Source: Phoronis australis
Lineage: Eukaryota > Animalia > Phoronida
Assembly (NCBI GenBank): GCA_002633005.1
Contig: NMRA01000082.1
Coordinates: 348,576-412,575 of the forward strand
Length of the DNA stretch: 64,000 nt
Direction of reading: 5' to 3'
The stretch's first letter is position 1. Every line of letters begins with the position of its first letter. This document shows positions 25,201 to 37,200 of this stretch, piece by piece. The notes under the pieces are model-generated. The model saw only the letters and a program-made list of their open reading frames with translations. It searched no databases and had not been told where the DNA came from. The position numbers and the translations under genes were made by a program.

Positions 25201-28200
25201 CTGACATGGTGACAACCGTCTCATGTAAACACGACTTTAGTGAGAGATCCCACCATGATGACTTGTATTATCTTTTATTAAGTTGACAGGTGTGCATTCT
25301 CTTCCAATGTAGTTGTCCTGGTCATTGTTGAGACAACTTGCTGGTTTATTCAAAACAGTGGTTGTTTTTTCTCACCTCCACACTTACTATTGTATTGGTG
25401 GTTATTTTCCTTTCAGCTCATTTTGCAGTTGTCTAAATGCTGGAATACTTATTTTGATAGCCTAAAGATGTTTTGAAGACTTCCACTAACAATAGTTGAT
25501 TTGTACACTCAGCTGCAAAAAAAATCTTCTCATGGCAATTTTTATTGGCTTGAGTGAAACGCATAACTCAAGGTGATCTTGTACTGCTATTTGGTCTTAA
25601 CTATTGAATGTTGTGAAAACAAGTCTCCAGTATGCCAAGAAAGACCCAGGTTTGTTCTAAACATTAAAGCCTGTGCTTGTTAAATTGGGTTTATTTTGTT
25701 TCTTTTTGATGTGTTAAGTGTTAAACACATCATCAGCCATTAGCTTTTAACTTTTGATTCAGCTCATTTTTTGTGATAACATTGGTTTCAAACTGTCCCG
25801 TACTGAATTGTCGCCAGTGTGCATGTTTGAAAACTTGCTGTGGGATCAGACCTAATGCAAACGTTTGTAGTGTGGAGAAGGTATAAGTTGTCCATACTTT
25901 CTAAATTCCGGATACCTATTTACTGTTAGTTCAAAAAGCACAGTTGGTCCATGTCTTCACCCAGACTCATTTTGGGACTTGTGGCGCTTATCAGCTAAAA
26001 AACCCATCCATGAATTTCAGTCCAGGTCTGGTGTTTATGGAAAAGCTGCACAAAGTGACATTAAAAGTTTGTAATGTTGTGATTTGCCAAGGGATATGTA
26101 TGAATAAAAAACGAATCCCGCATCATTTGTGCAAAAGTAAATTACTAAAAGGTCACACTACCAACTCTATTTTCAAAAATGGAACCAACTTAACGTTTTT
26201 TGGCATTTCCAGTAAATTGTTTTTAAGGTAAATAGTCAATTACCATGTATTGGCTAATAATACTGCACTTTAAGAACCAGTTTTCTCCCCTGAAAAACTG
26301 GCATCAAACAGGTTCTCAAAATCCCGGGACTTCTGTGATTATGGTATTCTACTGCTTTATAGTATTTGTGAGTAACCCTGTGCTAGATTGCTAAATGTTT
26401 GAGTGCACATGACCTATTTTTGCCCCTTAAAAGTTCTGAAAAATACCTGTTGCTTTGCTGTGCGTGGGTGTAGGTATTTCTATTGTCAACAAGGGTGAGG
26501 CTTGACTGATTGTAGGGTCAAGAGCTAAAAAAATCTACTTAGACATGAATGAAGAGTAAGAGATGTATTCATATAATCTGACCTAAAGTGTACTAGTAGG
26601 CAATGTCTTATGGGTTCACTGTTAGCAGGCTGCTATAGGTACAGCTGGTCTAAATGTGGACCTTTAAGTGCAATGGTCCTGTGTAGAGACCCCTGTTTTC
26701 CGTTTCCAAAGATAGAGAAACTTGTCTTAGCCAACAACATTCCATTTCATAAATTGTCAAATTGCGTTTTGTTGTTTCAAATAAATGACATCTGGAAATT
26801 GTACTTTCTCCGCTCAATAGTTGTGACACGTCTTAGTTTTTCCGAAAACTTGCTACAAGTCATGTTAATACTTTCTGAATAAAGGAAAAAGAACAGCGCC
26901 ACCTTCAGGAAAAACGAACAGCTTCTTGATCATGTCTGCTGTAAAACGATCATCTATCGATTTATGGCCAGGACATGTTGTATTTTAATGGATTGTGTTA
27001 TTAATTTTCAATATGTAATAACTAATCTATTACTGCAATATGTAAATTCCATTGAAAATGACTTAATTACCTGAAAGAAGTCAAGATTCCATGAATTCCA
27101 TTAATGTGGAAACCTGTTTCTTTTACGAGTTATGAACTTTAAATCCTGAGACTACCTTAGACATTGAACTCTCAATCATGACTGGAATTGGGCCCAACTA
27201 GGGACTCATTGGGTTTCATTACTCTTTGCATGAGACTTGCTCCAGATGCATAAAAACTGGGTGTGATGGCTCAAGTGACCTACTTACTCCAGGTCAAATT
27301 GACCCACGGAAGAATTCAGTCTTTCTCTTGTGGCTGTGACTTTAACAACTTAAATTCAACTGGTCGCATATATGGTTTTTAACTGTTATCTCACTGTTGT
27401 TAGAAAATTGTCTGGCATATGCATGCATCGTATAATGTATTTTATGATCCTTTACATGGAAACTAACGAATTTTTTGTGTTTCACTTTCCTTTGATAGAA
27501 TATGTGAGCGTGCATAATTAGGGGGAGGGGGGGGTCATGCCCCTTTGATAAAATGTCATATATAGTAAGTGCAACAGTGAGTCGTCTGTCTGCCCCCTAT
27601 CAAAGTCTTGTGTCCACCCTTCCACAAACATAGTTCTGCTGTTATCTGTCTGTGTCGTGTTTGAAGGGCTGTGTACTGTTCTCTGTCCAGGTGAGACAAT
27701 ATGAGGAAACGACGACACGTGAGGTTACTAACATCAAGGATCTGTACGAGAAGGAAATGGCTGACCTGCGTAAACTCGTGGATGACTTGGCGAAGGAGAA
27801 GGCCAAGCTACAGATTGATGTGGGGAAATACAAGTCAGAGTCTGAGGATTGGATGATCAAGTGAGTAAGGGGTGGAGTTTTGTGTGAAAGGGAGGAGTTG
27901 GGGGTGATTGACATTGCAAGTATGATTTTGGAAGGGAAAGTGAGTTGAGGGCGGGGTTTTGTAAGAGGGAGGAGCTGGTGTTGAGTGATGTGGAGAATTT
28001 GAGGCTGAGGATTGGATGGTGAAATTGAAGTGGGATGTTGATGGAAATGGGTGACAACAAGTATGAAACTGGTGAGAGGGAGAAGATTGGTTAATGGGCA
28101 GGGATGCTTTCTGCTCATAATAGTTTTCTGAGACGAGAATTGGATAGAATATGCCCTCATTTTGAGAACCAGCTTCTTGCTCATTGTTCAGCGGATACAC

Positions 28201-31200
28201 TAGTTCTCAATATGTAGACATGTTATATCCAACTATTACTTTTTTCTTGTGCTAGTGAATTTTGTGAATTTAGTCCTGCATAGGTTGCTAATTTACATTG
28301 CTTTTGACACTGTAATAATTAGTTGTAAGTTGATCTGACCATTGCTTTTGACTGCACTTCAATAGGTGCACAGGGTTTAAATCTCTCCGTTGGGAGTAGG
28401 TAACTATTATAATTTTTATGGTGTTGAGGATGAACTGTAAGGTTTACTGTTTTTGAGGTCATTAATTTTATAACTGTAGAATGTAGTGGTAGTAAAATGT
28501 CAGCTAAAGTGTCTTGGTAAACTAATTGGTAACCTTATTGATATTGGAGTATCAGGAAACTGCATCGTCAGGGTAACGCATGCAGATATTTAGGAACCAG
28601 AAATTTTCATTTGTAGCTTGAAACATATTTTATTTGTGAGGAGATTATTTGCTTAGGGCTTTTGAACGTCTCTACTATTCATAGCAAATGGGCCTGTCAG
28701 TGTTCTCCACAGCACAATGTTGAAACTTATTAGCCAGAAAATCCATGTTCATGATATGGGGCGGGGTTAATACGTGGAACTTGTAATGATTGACAGATCT
28801 AGTGCCTAATGTTTGCATATGGGGAATTTTGTGAAAGTGTCTTGTAATAGCGCAATAGACTTATAGAAACAAAGAGTAGCGTGGATAGGATTGTATCATG
28901 TCACTGAATTGTATAGCTCATTCTCGTGGAAGTCAAGTGTTTGGGGATAATGAACTTGTCAGCAGAGGATTCAAGTGTTAGTAATCTCCTTAGCAAGTAC
29001 TAATTACTATTTATAACCTGTTATGTACAAGGTGTCCCTCAGTGTATGAGTGACCACTGTGATTAGGTGACCTAGGTGATTGAGAAAAATCAATATTTGG
29101 TGACCCCAGCTGTATGTCCTTTCTACCAGTTGGTCAATATGACCTCTGTGGAGAGGGACCTGAGGATTAGTATTGCACATAGAGAGGCCATAAAAGTATG
29201 CAATGAACTAGTCAAATTTTCTTTGAAGGAATGTATTATAATAAAGCCTCAAGTTCATACCTAAGCCATTGTCCAATGCAGTACAGAAGGTGATGATGTT
29301 TGTAGGGTTTTAAAGTGGTCATAAAGTCGCATTGCATCAAAGAAGCAAACTTTAGATTTATACTACTTGCCGGAATGACATTGGGTCTTAACTTGTTCCT
29401 TACTCAGATGGGAAGTGAGTTCTTAATTTGCAATGAATTGGTCATGTATTATTCCTTAAGACCGATACTGGATGTGTGAAACAACACGCTGTGACAAGCC
29501 AACTTATACAGCCTGGTTTCAAGCAGGAATCTCTCTCTTACTTTATGTTATTTTGAAGTTGTTGAACCACCAATTCAACGCTCAATAAAACTTAAAGCAT
29601 TTTAACAACTATGAGTGGGCTAACACACTTTGATGAAATGGCCATCGTAACTCCAAAAAGTGTCCCGCTAATTGTAATTAATTTAAAGCAGGTCTTCTTG
29701 CCCTTAGTGATATCACTCTTAATTTAGCGTTTGTATTTGGACAAAATCTTAGGTATGTAAAAAGCCAACATGTATAATGCATCTTTTGACCGAGGTGCCA
29801 AAGGTCCAAGTTGAATGAATGGGCACGCTTTAGAAGTGGAATATTCTCTTGTGTCCTGCTTGATCCCTTGATACCCTAAGTGGATTTTGTCATGGCACGT
29901 TTAGCTCATCTGGGACTAGTTTGCAAAATGATGCGATGAGTTTGAATCCGTGGGAGATTAATCAATATACTGGCACACTTATTGAAGTTTGGCATCATTT
30001 CATTCTAGGTATTGTTTTGTACAGGGTAAAACAGGACTCAGTGAGGTGTTAGTTAATCTAGTAATACCCTTTGAGTTAAAAATGAGCCGGGAGAGCTGGT
30101 TTGTTACTAGTGAGTATTCCAGCCTCCCGTTTTTGTATGAACTATGGAAAGTAATGATTAATTTTGTTTAAATGGCTCACAATTTTAGCCCTTGTGCATG
30201 CCATTAGGCCCGTGTGCTTACATTCATAGTAACTGATTTCACTTTTTCAGGTTCAACAAGCGCGACAGGGAAGCCAACAGTGCGGAGAAAAAAATCCCCG
30301 AGTTGGAAGCTGCAGCAGCCGAGGCGGAGGCGCGGGCGAGTGATGCGGAGGGGCAGAAGAAGCGTGCGCAGGCTGAGCTGGCGGTATGTAGCCTCATTTT
30401 CAGTATTTGCTAATAGCATTTAAAGTGATGCCGGATCTTGACAGGACAGAAACGTATCACTTTTAATTCTTCCCATAGTCAGACTGTTCTTACTACCTAC
30501 GAAAATTATGAGGTAGTATACTGAAGTGAGCATCTGCTTAATCTGCAAACACAAAAAATATATCTATCACACAAGCCTATTGACTTGTGGAATGATACGT
30601 GGAACGATATATCACCTGGAAAATTTTCCTCTTTTTTGACATTGATTNNNNNNNNNNNNNNNNNNNNNNNNNNNNNNNNNNNNNNNNNNNNNNNNNNNNN
30701 NNNNNNNNNNNNNNNNNNNNNNNNNNNNNNNNNNNNNNNNNNNNNNNNNNNNNNNNNNNNNTCCCTGCTCCCTCTCTCCCCTCCTTTCTCTACAAAAATT
30801 AAAAGCTTATCCCACTGCTCATTTGAATTGTACATAACCAGATGTACTGCCTTCTTTGATTGCTACTGTAGTACACTTACTGTGTGACTTGTTCCACTAT
30901 AAATATCTGAAAGTGGAACCGTCTGTGGTTCTCAGTGTTATGTCTACATTGTATGACTTCTCTCTCTATGGATACTCCAGACACTCGGAGCAGTGCTAGT
31001 GGCCATTGTGGTTGTGACTAGTGTGTGAATGTTGTATGACTTATCTCTTAACAGAAACTGAAAGCAGAGCTGGCAGCCCTTGAACGCCAGCTGACCACGG
31101 CCAAGAAACAATTAGAGGAAGAGACACTGTTGAGAGTGGACCTTGAGAACAGGCTGCAGAGTCTTAAGGAAGAGCTCAAGTTCAACTCTACGTTGCATGA

Positions 31201-34200
31201 ACAGGTAAGTTATACGAGGGGTATTCAGTCTTGTAAGGATAAGGAAAGTGGGTGGTTGGGACCTTGAGAACAGGATGCAGTCTTAGGAATGGGTCATATG
31301 TCAGAAATTCAGCTTTGGAGTTAGGGAAGAACTCAAGTAAGCTGGTAGGGAATTTTTTTCAAATGTGAATTTAGCTCAGATTTGAAACCTGGCTTAATAC
31401 CTGTCAGAACTGACCCATATTTTTATAAATAAATTTTATCTATTTCAACACGTGCATGGTTGATCTGTTGACTTCCGTCTATGCAACCACTGTACAAAAG
31501 CGCCATTGCTGATATTTTGCTAAAATGAAATTTTTATTGTTTGTAGGAGCTTAGCGAGACTCGCACGCGTGCAGAGCTGTCAGTTGAGGAGGTGGACTCC
31601 CGTGTGACGGCCATGTATGAGGGCAAGCTGGCGGAGGCGCTGGAGGAGATGCGCAAACAGCATGAGGAGCATGTCCGCCTACAGAGGGAGGAGCTGGAGG
31701 TCCTCTATGAGTCCAAGGTATGGGCTAAGTCACTACATTCTCCCCAGCTTCTGTGTTTCGTTTCGCAAATTTGTCTTAAGGTAAAATCTTATCAGTTTAG
31801 GGCACAATATGGCGGACAAGTGAAATTTATGTTTCATCAGATTTTTCATAGGATAAACGATAAATAGCAGCAAAGCTATTTTTTACCGTCTTCAAATTCG
31901 TTACCGTAGCTACCTTCAAGCAATATATTGAAAAATTGCAAACATTCACAACAATGTTAAGAGATTTTGAGAAATAAAAACAGGACAATTTTGGCAATTA
32001 TTTATGTCCAAACTTGGTGCGAATTAAAAGTACTGACCTCTTTCAAGATTTCAGCAGTTTCTTTTCTCTTTGTTTGTAGTCATAGAAGTAAATCAAACAC
32101 TGGAAATAAAAATGCATGTGTTTAGCTTTGTTTCATCTGACTTTCAGACATTTTGTTTGTTATTTGTGCTTCCATGTCCTCTTCATTGGATTTTATGCAA
32201 GAGGCTAACCTCCTTAAAATAGTGAAAACGCTCAAAAGCCGTCTCTGTTATCAAGTCGCATTGCTTGTTCAAAAGCATCTTTCTTCTCACACTTACAATT
32301 CTACGTGGCTCAAAGTCGTCTATCCCAACAGTTTTCATGTCTGCTGTTCATTTCTAGTCAAGAGTTTTTATGATAGTCAGATAGGTGTATACCTTTGTGA
32401 TTTCTTTGCTTCCTGTTGTTTCTTTTTTCAATTTCTTAATCTATGTGACATTGTCTGTTTCCCTCGACAGCTAACTGACCTACAACAGCAGGTGGAGCGC
32501 GGCGGTACGTTGGCGGAGGGCGCACGCAGCGAGATGAGGTCAACTAGGAAGAAGTTCGACGAGTTGAATGCACGGCTCACTGCCTTGTCTACAGAGGTAC
32601 ATTGGAAGCACAGTGGTCGAGTGGCTCATGCTGCGACACCTCAGGGCCTGTGTCCTTTAAACTATAGACAAGACTCTACTAAAAAATTGACCAACAGGGG
32701 TGGGGAGCATGCTTTGAGTGAACTTTGAAATTTTGGGCATTGTGACTGGTTGATTTTAGCGAGTAATGTTTGATGGTTTTAAGGCCGTGTTATGTCGGAA
32801 TTTTGTCTCGGTTCTTTGGGTTTGTTCTTGGAAGAACAGTTATAGAGACATCCATTCACACTGGCTGAAACGCTACAGTGTACAAATTAACAAGTGCATG
32901 AGGTGAGTGTTTTTCCTGAAAATGAATTTGACTATATCCATCAGAAAGCCAAAGTAAGCTTAGTTAATGGTACTGTTTTAGAAAGCTGCACTGGAGGGCC
33001 GCATCAGGGACCTGGAGGCGCAGTTGGAGAGTGAACGATCGGCGCACGAGACCGCCATAATGCTGAGGATGGAGGAAGTACAAGCTTTGCGACTGGAGAT
33101 GGACGAGATGAGGCTAGAGTACGCGGAGTTGATGGACATCAAGCTTGCACTTGATCTGGAGATCGCCGCCTACAGGAAGTTGTTGGAGGGTGAAGAGAGC
33201 AGGTCAGTCACGTGACTTATCGAGTATTGTTATTGACTTGCAGCTTAATGCTTCGTAGAATGTTATGGAAAGTTGTGATGTGGTAAGATTTTAAAATTCC
33301 ACTTTTTGCCATTCTTTTTGTTCAAAAATTGAACAAACTTTTACCGAGTTTTTAAGTTTATGTTCAGTCGAAATATAAGAAGCTGTTTTGGTCATTTTCA
33401 GAAAATATCTCCTGGCAACAGAGTTTTTATCGAAAATATCAAAGCGAGTCTGCGTTATGTAGACCCAAGAAACTCACAAAAATGCAAGATCGCCTGAGAC
33501 TTTTGCCAGATATCTTCATGTGTTACTACCAAGGCACGTGATAACACTACCTTTATTTATGAAAGTTTTACGTGTGCAGACTGCAGCCCAGGTGTGACTG
33601 GTTTTTGTTTAATGCACCTTTCGGAAGTAATCACTTATGGTGGTCCTGGATTCCTCAAAATGTGTAGCCCTGTATGTAATAAATACCCATCTTTCCAGAC
33701 TGAACCTGTCTGTGAGTGAGACCACCCCGTCACGTACCATGCAGTCTACCTCGGTGCGCTCCGGGACCAAGCGTAAGCGCGTCGCTGTCGAGGAGGCCTC
33801 TTTCTCTTCCTCTAGTTCCAAAGAGTTTGCTGCTTCAAGCACCTGCAAAGGTCAAGTTGAGGTGTCAGAGGTCAACGCTGAGGGGAAGTTCATCAAGCTA
33901 TATAACAATTCCGAGAAGGTAGATTGTAGTGCGGGCGTAATTTTGGTGGATGAATACTGTCCATCAATACTTACGGATTTTGAAGTTATAAATTTGATTA
34001 GCGGCTTTGTATGAGTTATCAGTAGTTGCTTATAGTCTTACATAGTGCTCTCATTTTAATATTGTTTCATGAGTGTTGAAAATATGAAAAAAAATTGACC
34101 AAAGTTTTTATTTTTCCGTTATCACGAGTCCACTAAAATGTATTTTCATTGTATTTCTAACGCTTCGTTAAATTTTTGTACGATTTCCTTTTTGGTTGCA

Positions 34201-37200
34201 TTGTTGTTAATATAGTCTGTTATTACACGTGTTCCACTAAAAGTTCTTGTCAAAGACTCATTACGGTAAAAATTCTCCTGTTTGGGACCTTTTCTAAAAT
34301 TTGGGACGCTGATCAATTAAGCCAAATTTGAATTTTTTGATTCTGAAGATTAGGCTTATGAGAAACGTTGGCATTCATCATATTTCTCAAATGTTGGACA
34401 CTGCATTTTTTATCAACAAAGTCCGACGTAAAATTGCTAAAAATATGTCTGCCAATGCAAAATTTGTCTTTTTCATAATTCTTGAATTACAGACGGCTGA
34501 TATTGCCAATTTCTAAAATTTGGTACAAACGCCGATCTCGAGCGAAATAATTAATTTTTCATTGTCGCAAACTCGGGAATTTTGACCGTTTCTCATTGAC
34601 TGATAGTTGTGTTGGTGTCGTGCAGGAGATCGCCATCGGGGGCTGGCAGTTGCTGCACAAGGCTGGAGAGCAGGAAACCACCTACAAGTTCCACAGGACA
34701 GTCAAGATGGAGCCAAATGGATACGTCACCGTAAGTGGGTCTCCTGAAAAACAGTTACGCACATTTTATGGGAGTGCTGAAATTTGTTTCGAGTTAAATT
34801 TGTCTTAATCTTTGGTAATTTGGAATTTCAAGAAAGTTCATCCTTTTGAAGCGACCGTTATTGTTAATTGGAAAGGTTCGGTATCTTAGGGAGGTACTGC
34901 AGGGCCCCCTTTTGCTGAAAACCGTAGCTTTGTTTCATGTTATGGGTGGAGCTCTTTGTTTCATTTCTATAAATATACGGTTAACATTGCTTTCTACATC
35001 CGATAGAACCGTGGGCCGAATGGAGTTTGACGATTGGTTCAACGGAGAATATTAGCTTGTGCATTGTGTATATTTCTGTTTGAAGTTGACCTTATTAGCG
35101 CACAACAGAATTCACTTCTAGTAAGGCGGGTAATTTTTAATTAGATATGTAGCAACTATGGTAAAATGATCTAATTTGCAAAAAAATCAGTAATTAATGC
35201 GTTTGCTGTGTGAACGAGAACTGCTTATTGGGCTGACCGTCAAGTCACATGTCTCTAAAGGAGCGTTTCCATTTTTAGTGAGCATAGCCCCAAAAACATT
35301 ACATTTCCCTTTTACTGCTACAATTCAGACTTGCTTATGTTCTTGCTGTACTGTTGTGACCGGTCCTGTCTCACAGGTGTACAGCTCGGATGCCGGGGAG
35401 ACACACCAGCCTCCATCGACGCTGGTCATGAAGTCACAACGCTGGTTTATCTCCGACTCCATGAAGACCACACTCAACAACGGCCAGGGCAATGTGAGTA
35501 TCGCAGTCTCGTGGCTGCGTGAAGCAGACTCTAAACTTGGAGGCAGCATCATTGTTGCACAGGCATTTCCCACGTGTGTAAACATGAAAATTGTCAAGTA
35601 GACTAATCAACTTTTACCAAATTACCTGTGATTGTTGTGGTCAAAGCATGGAAGGGTTAATAACGGTCGTTGTAAAACACATGTTGCAAACTATTGCTAT
35701 GAACTGTCTGCTAGCCAATGAGATTCATTCCAACTTTAAGCACTGTTTCAAGAACAGGTCAGTCTCGTATTCCCTCATCCCGGATTAAATTCTCCTCTTT
35801 CCCGGAAGCAGAAAAATCCAGTGTGCCGCCGATGTAATTCTCGGAAAGGGGTGGGGGGCACAAGCACACCTGATTCCACCCAGACGAGTGGAAAACGGTT
35901 TTTCACGCCTCACTTGGCATACTAAGCTTTACGCAAAGTAGTGATTAGTACATTAGTACAGCTACAGTGTGTCTGCATAAGCACTGCAGTGTTGGTAAAT
36001 ACTGTTGACTTGGAGAGAGGCTGCTAGGTATTCTGGACTGTGCCTGTTACGACACAGCCACTCTACGTTCATTGATATCTACCCACAGTGCTGCTCCGCT
36101 GTTACCGCGGTGATATTGTTATGTCGTGGCAGCGCCATTCTTGTACCAACAAAGGTTTTCTGTCGCAGTGTGATTTGCATTGCTGACACCAGGGAATTGT
36201 CGATCTAGAAAGGCAGTCATAGTCTTGCATCTGGATGTGTAATGTATTGCTCTTGGCTTGTCCATTTTAACTGAGAAGCGCCTGACAGTTCGAAAATTAG
36301 GTCATACATAAAAGGTTTTTTTCCGTTATTCTTTGAAATCTTCTTGCTGGTTTGCAGATATTGTCACGTGACTGACAGACTGATGTTTATTACAGGAGGA
36401 GGCGTCATGCGAGATGTCGCGGTCATCCATCAGGGTCATGCATTCTGGCCGTCCACGTCATGATGCAGTTGCTGAGGTGGGCTCAGAAGACTTATTTCAC
36501 CAGCAGGTCCTTCTGTATTCTTGACTCCGAACAATTTTATTTTGACTCGCATTTTTATTCGTGTGCATATTACGTATGTAGGTGTATGTGAACGTGATGT
36601 GTGTCTGTGCTTTCATGGTCGGGCGTCCACTGCTCTGTCTTAGAAAGTCCTTGAAACTTGGTGGGCTGATTTTGAATAAGGAGTGGATAGTTCTCTCGTT
36701 GTTTGGCTCATTGGGGACAATTTTCATTTTCTGTGCTTTTCGTAGGACTGGTTATTACCGTACACTGTCGTTTTTTAGACCCATTTGCCTCTTGGGCCAT
36801 AAAGCTGCTTCTATATCCAGAGTTAGCCATCAGCACCTATGAAGGAAACACTTGAGTGAAACTTACAAGCTATTAGTGTGGAGTGTGTGAAGCTTGGCTT
36901 GTTCTTTACTAAATGGGGGATGTTCACAGAAAAGACGCAATTTAAAAAATTTACGCATCTGGGGTGTAGACATCAGTGGTTATATGTGAAGCCTAGACGG
37001 AATAAGCAAATTGTTTGTTTTGTAACTGACAAGGTCAAGAAATGAGGTGCTTCACAAATTGAACAAAATATTAAATATTCAAAAGTAAAATTATTTTGAG
37101 AAAAACTGGTAAATTTGTGGATGGTGAAGCAACAATACTCATGCATTAGATTATGTTGACAATATATGTTAATGATATGCTAATTTGTATGCATTCCCTT

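Noticed and set aside
27642-28200. Long minus-strand ORFs (180, 121 and 67 aa)
   Set aside because: They are antisense to lamin exon 2 and a G/A-rich low-complexity intron stretch, with no recognisable domain.
30506-30887. ORFs spanning the N run
   Set aside because: Artefacts of the assembly gap.
36582-36842. Hydrophobic ORF as a transmembrane tail for lamin
   Set aside because: Its frame would need a phase-2 junction at the 36643 acceptor, but the exon-11 donors are phase 0.
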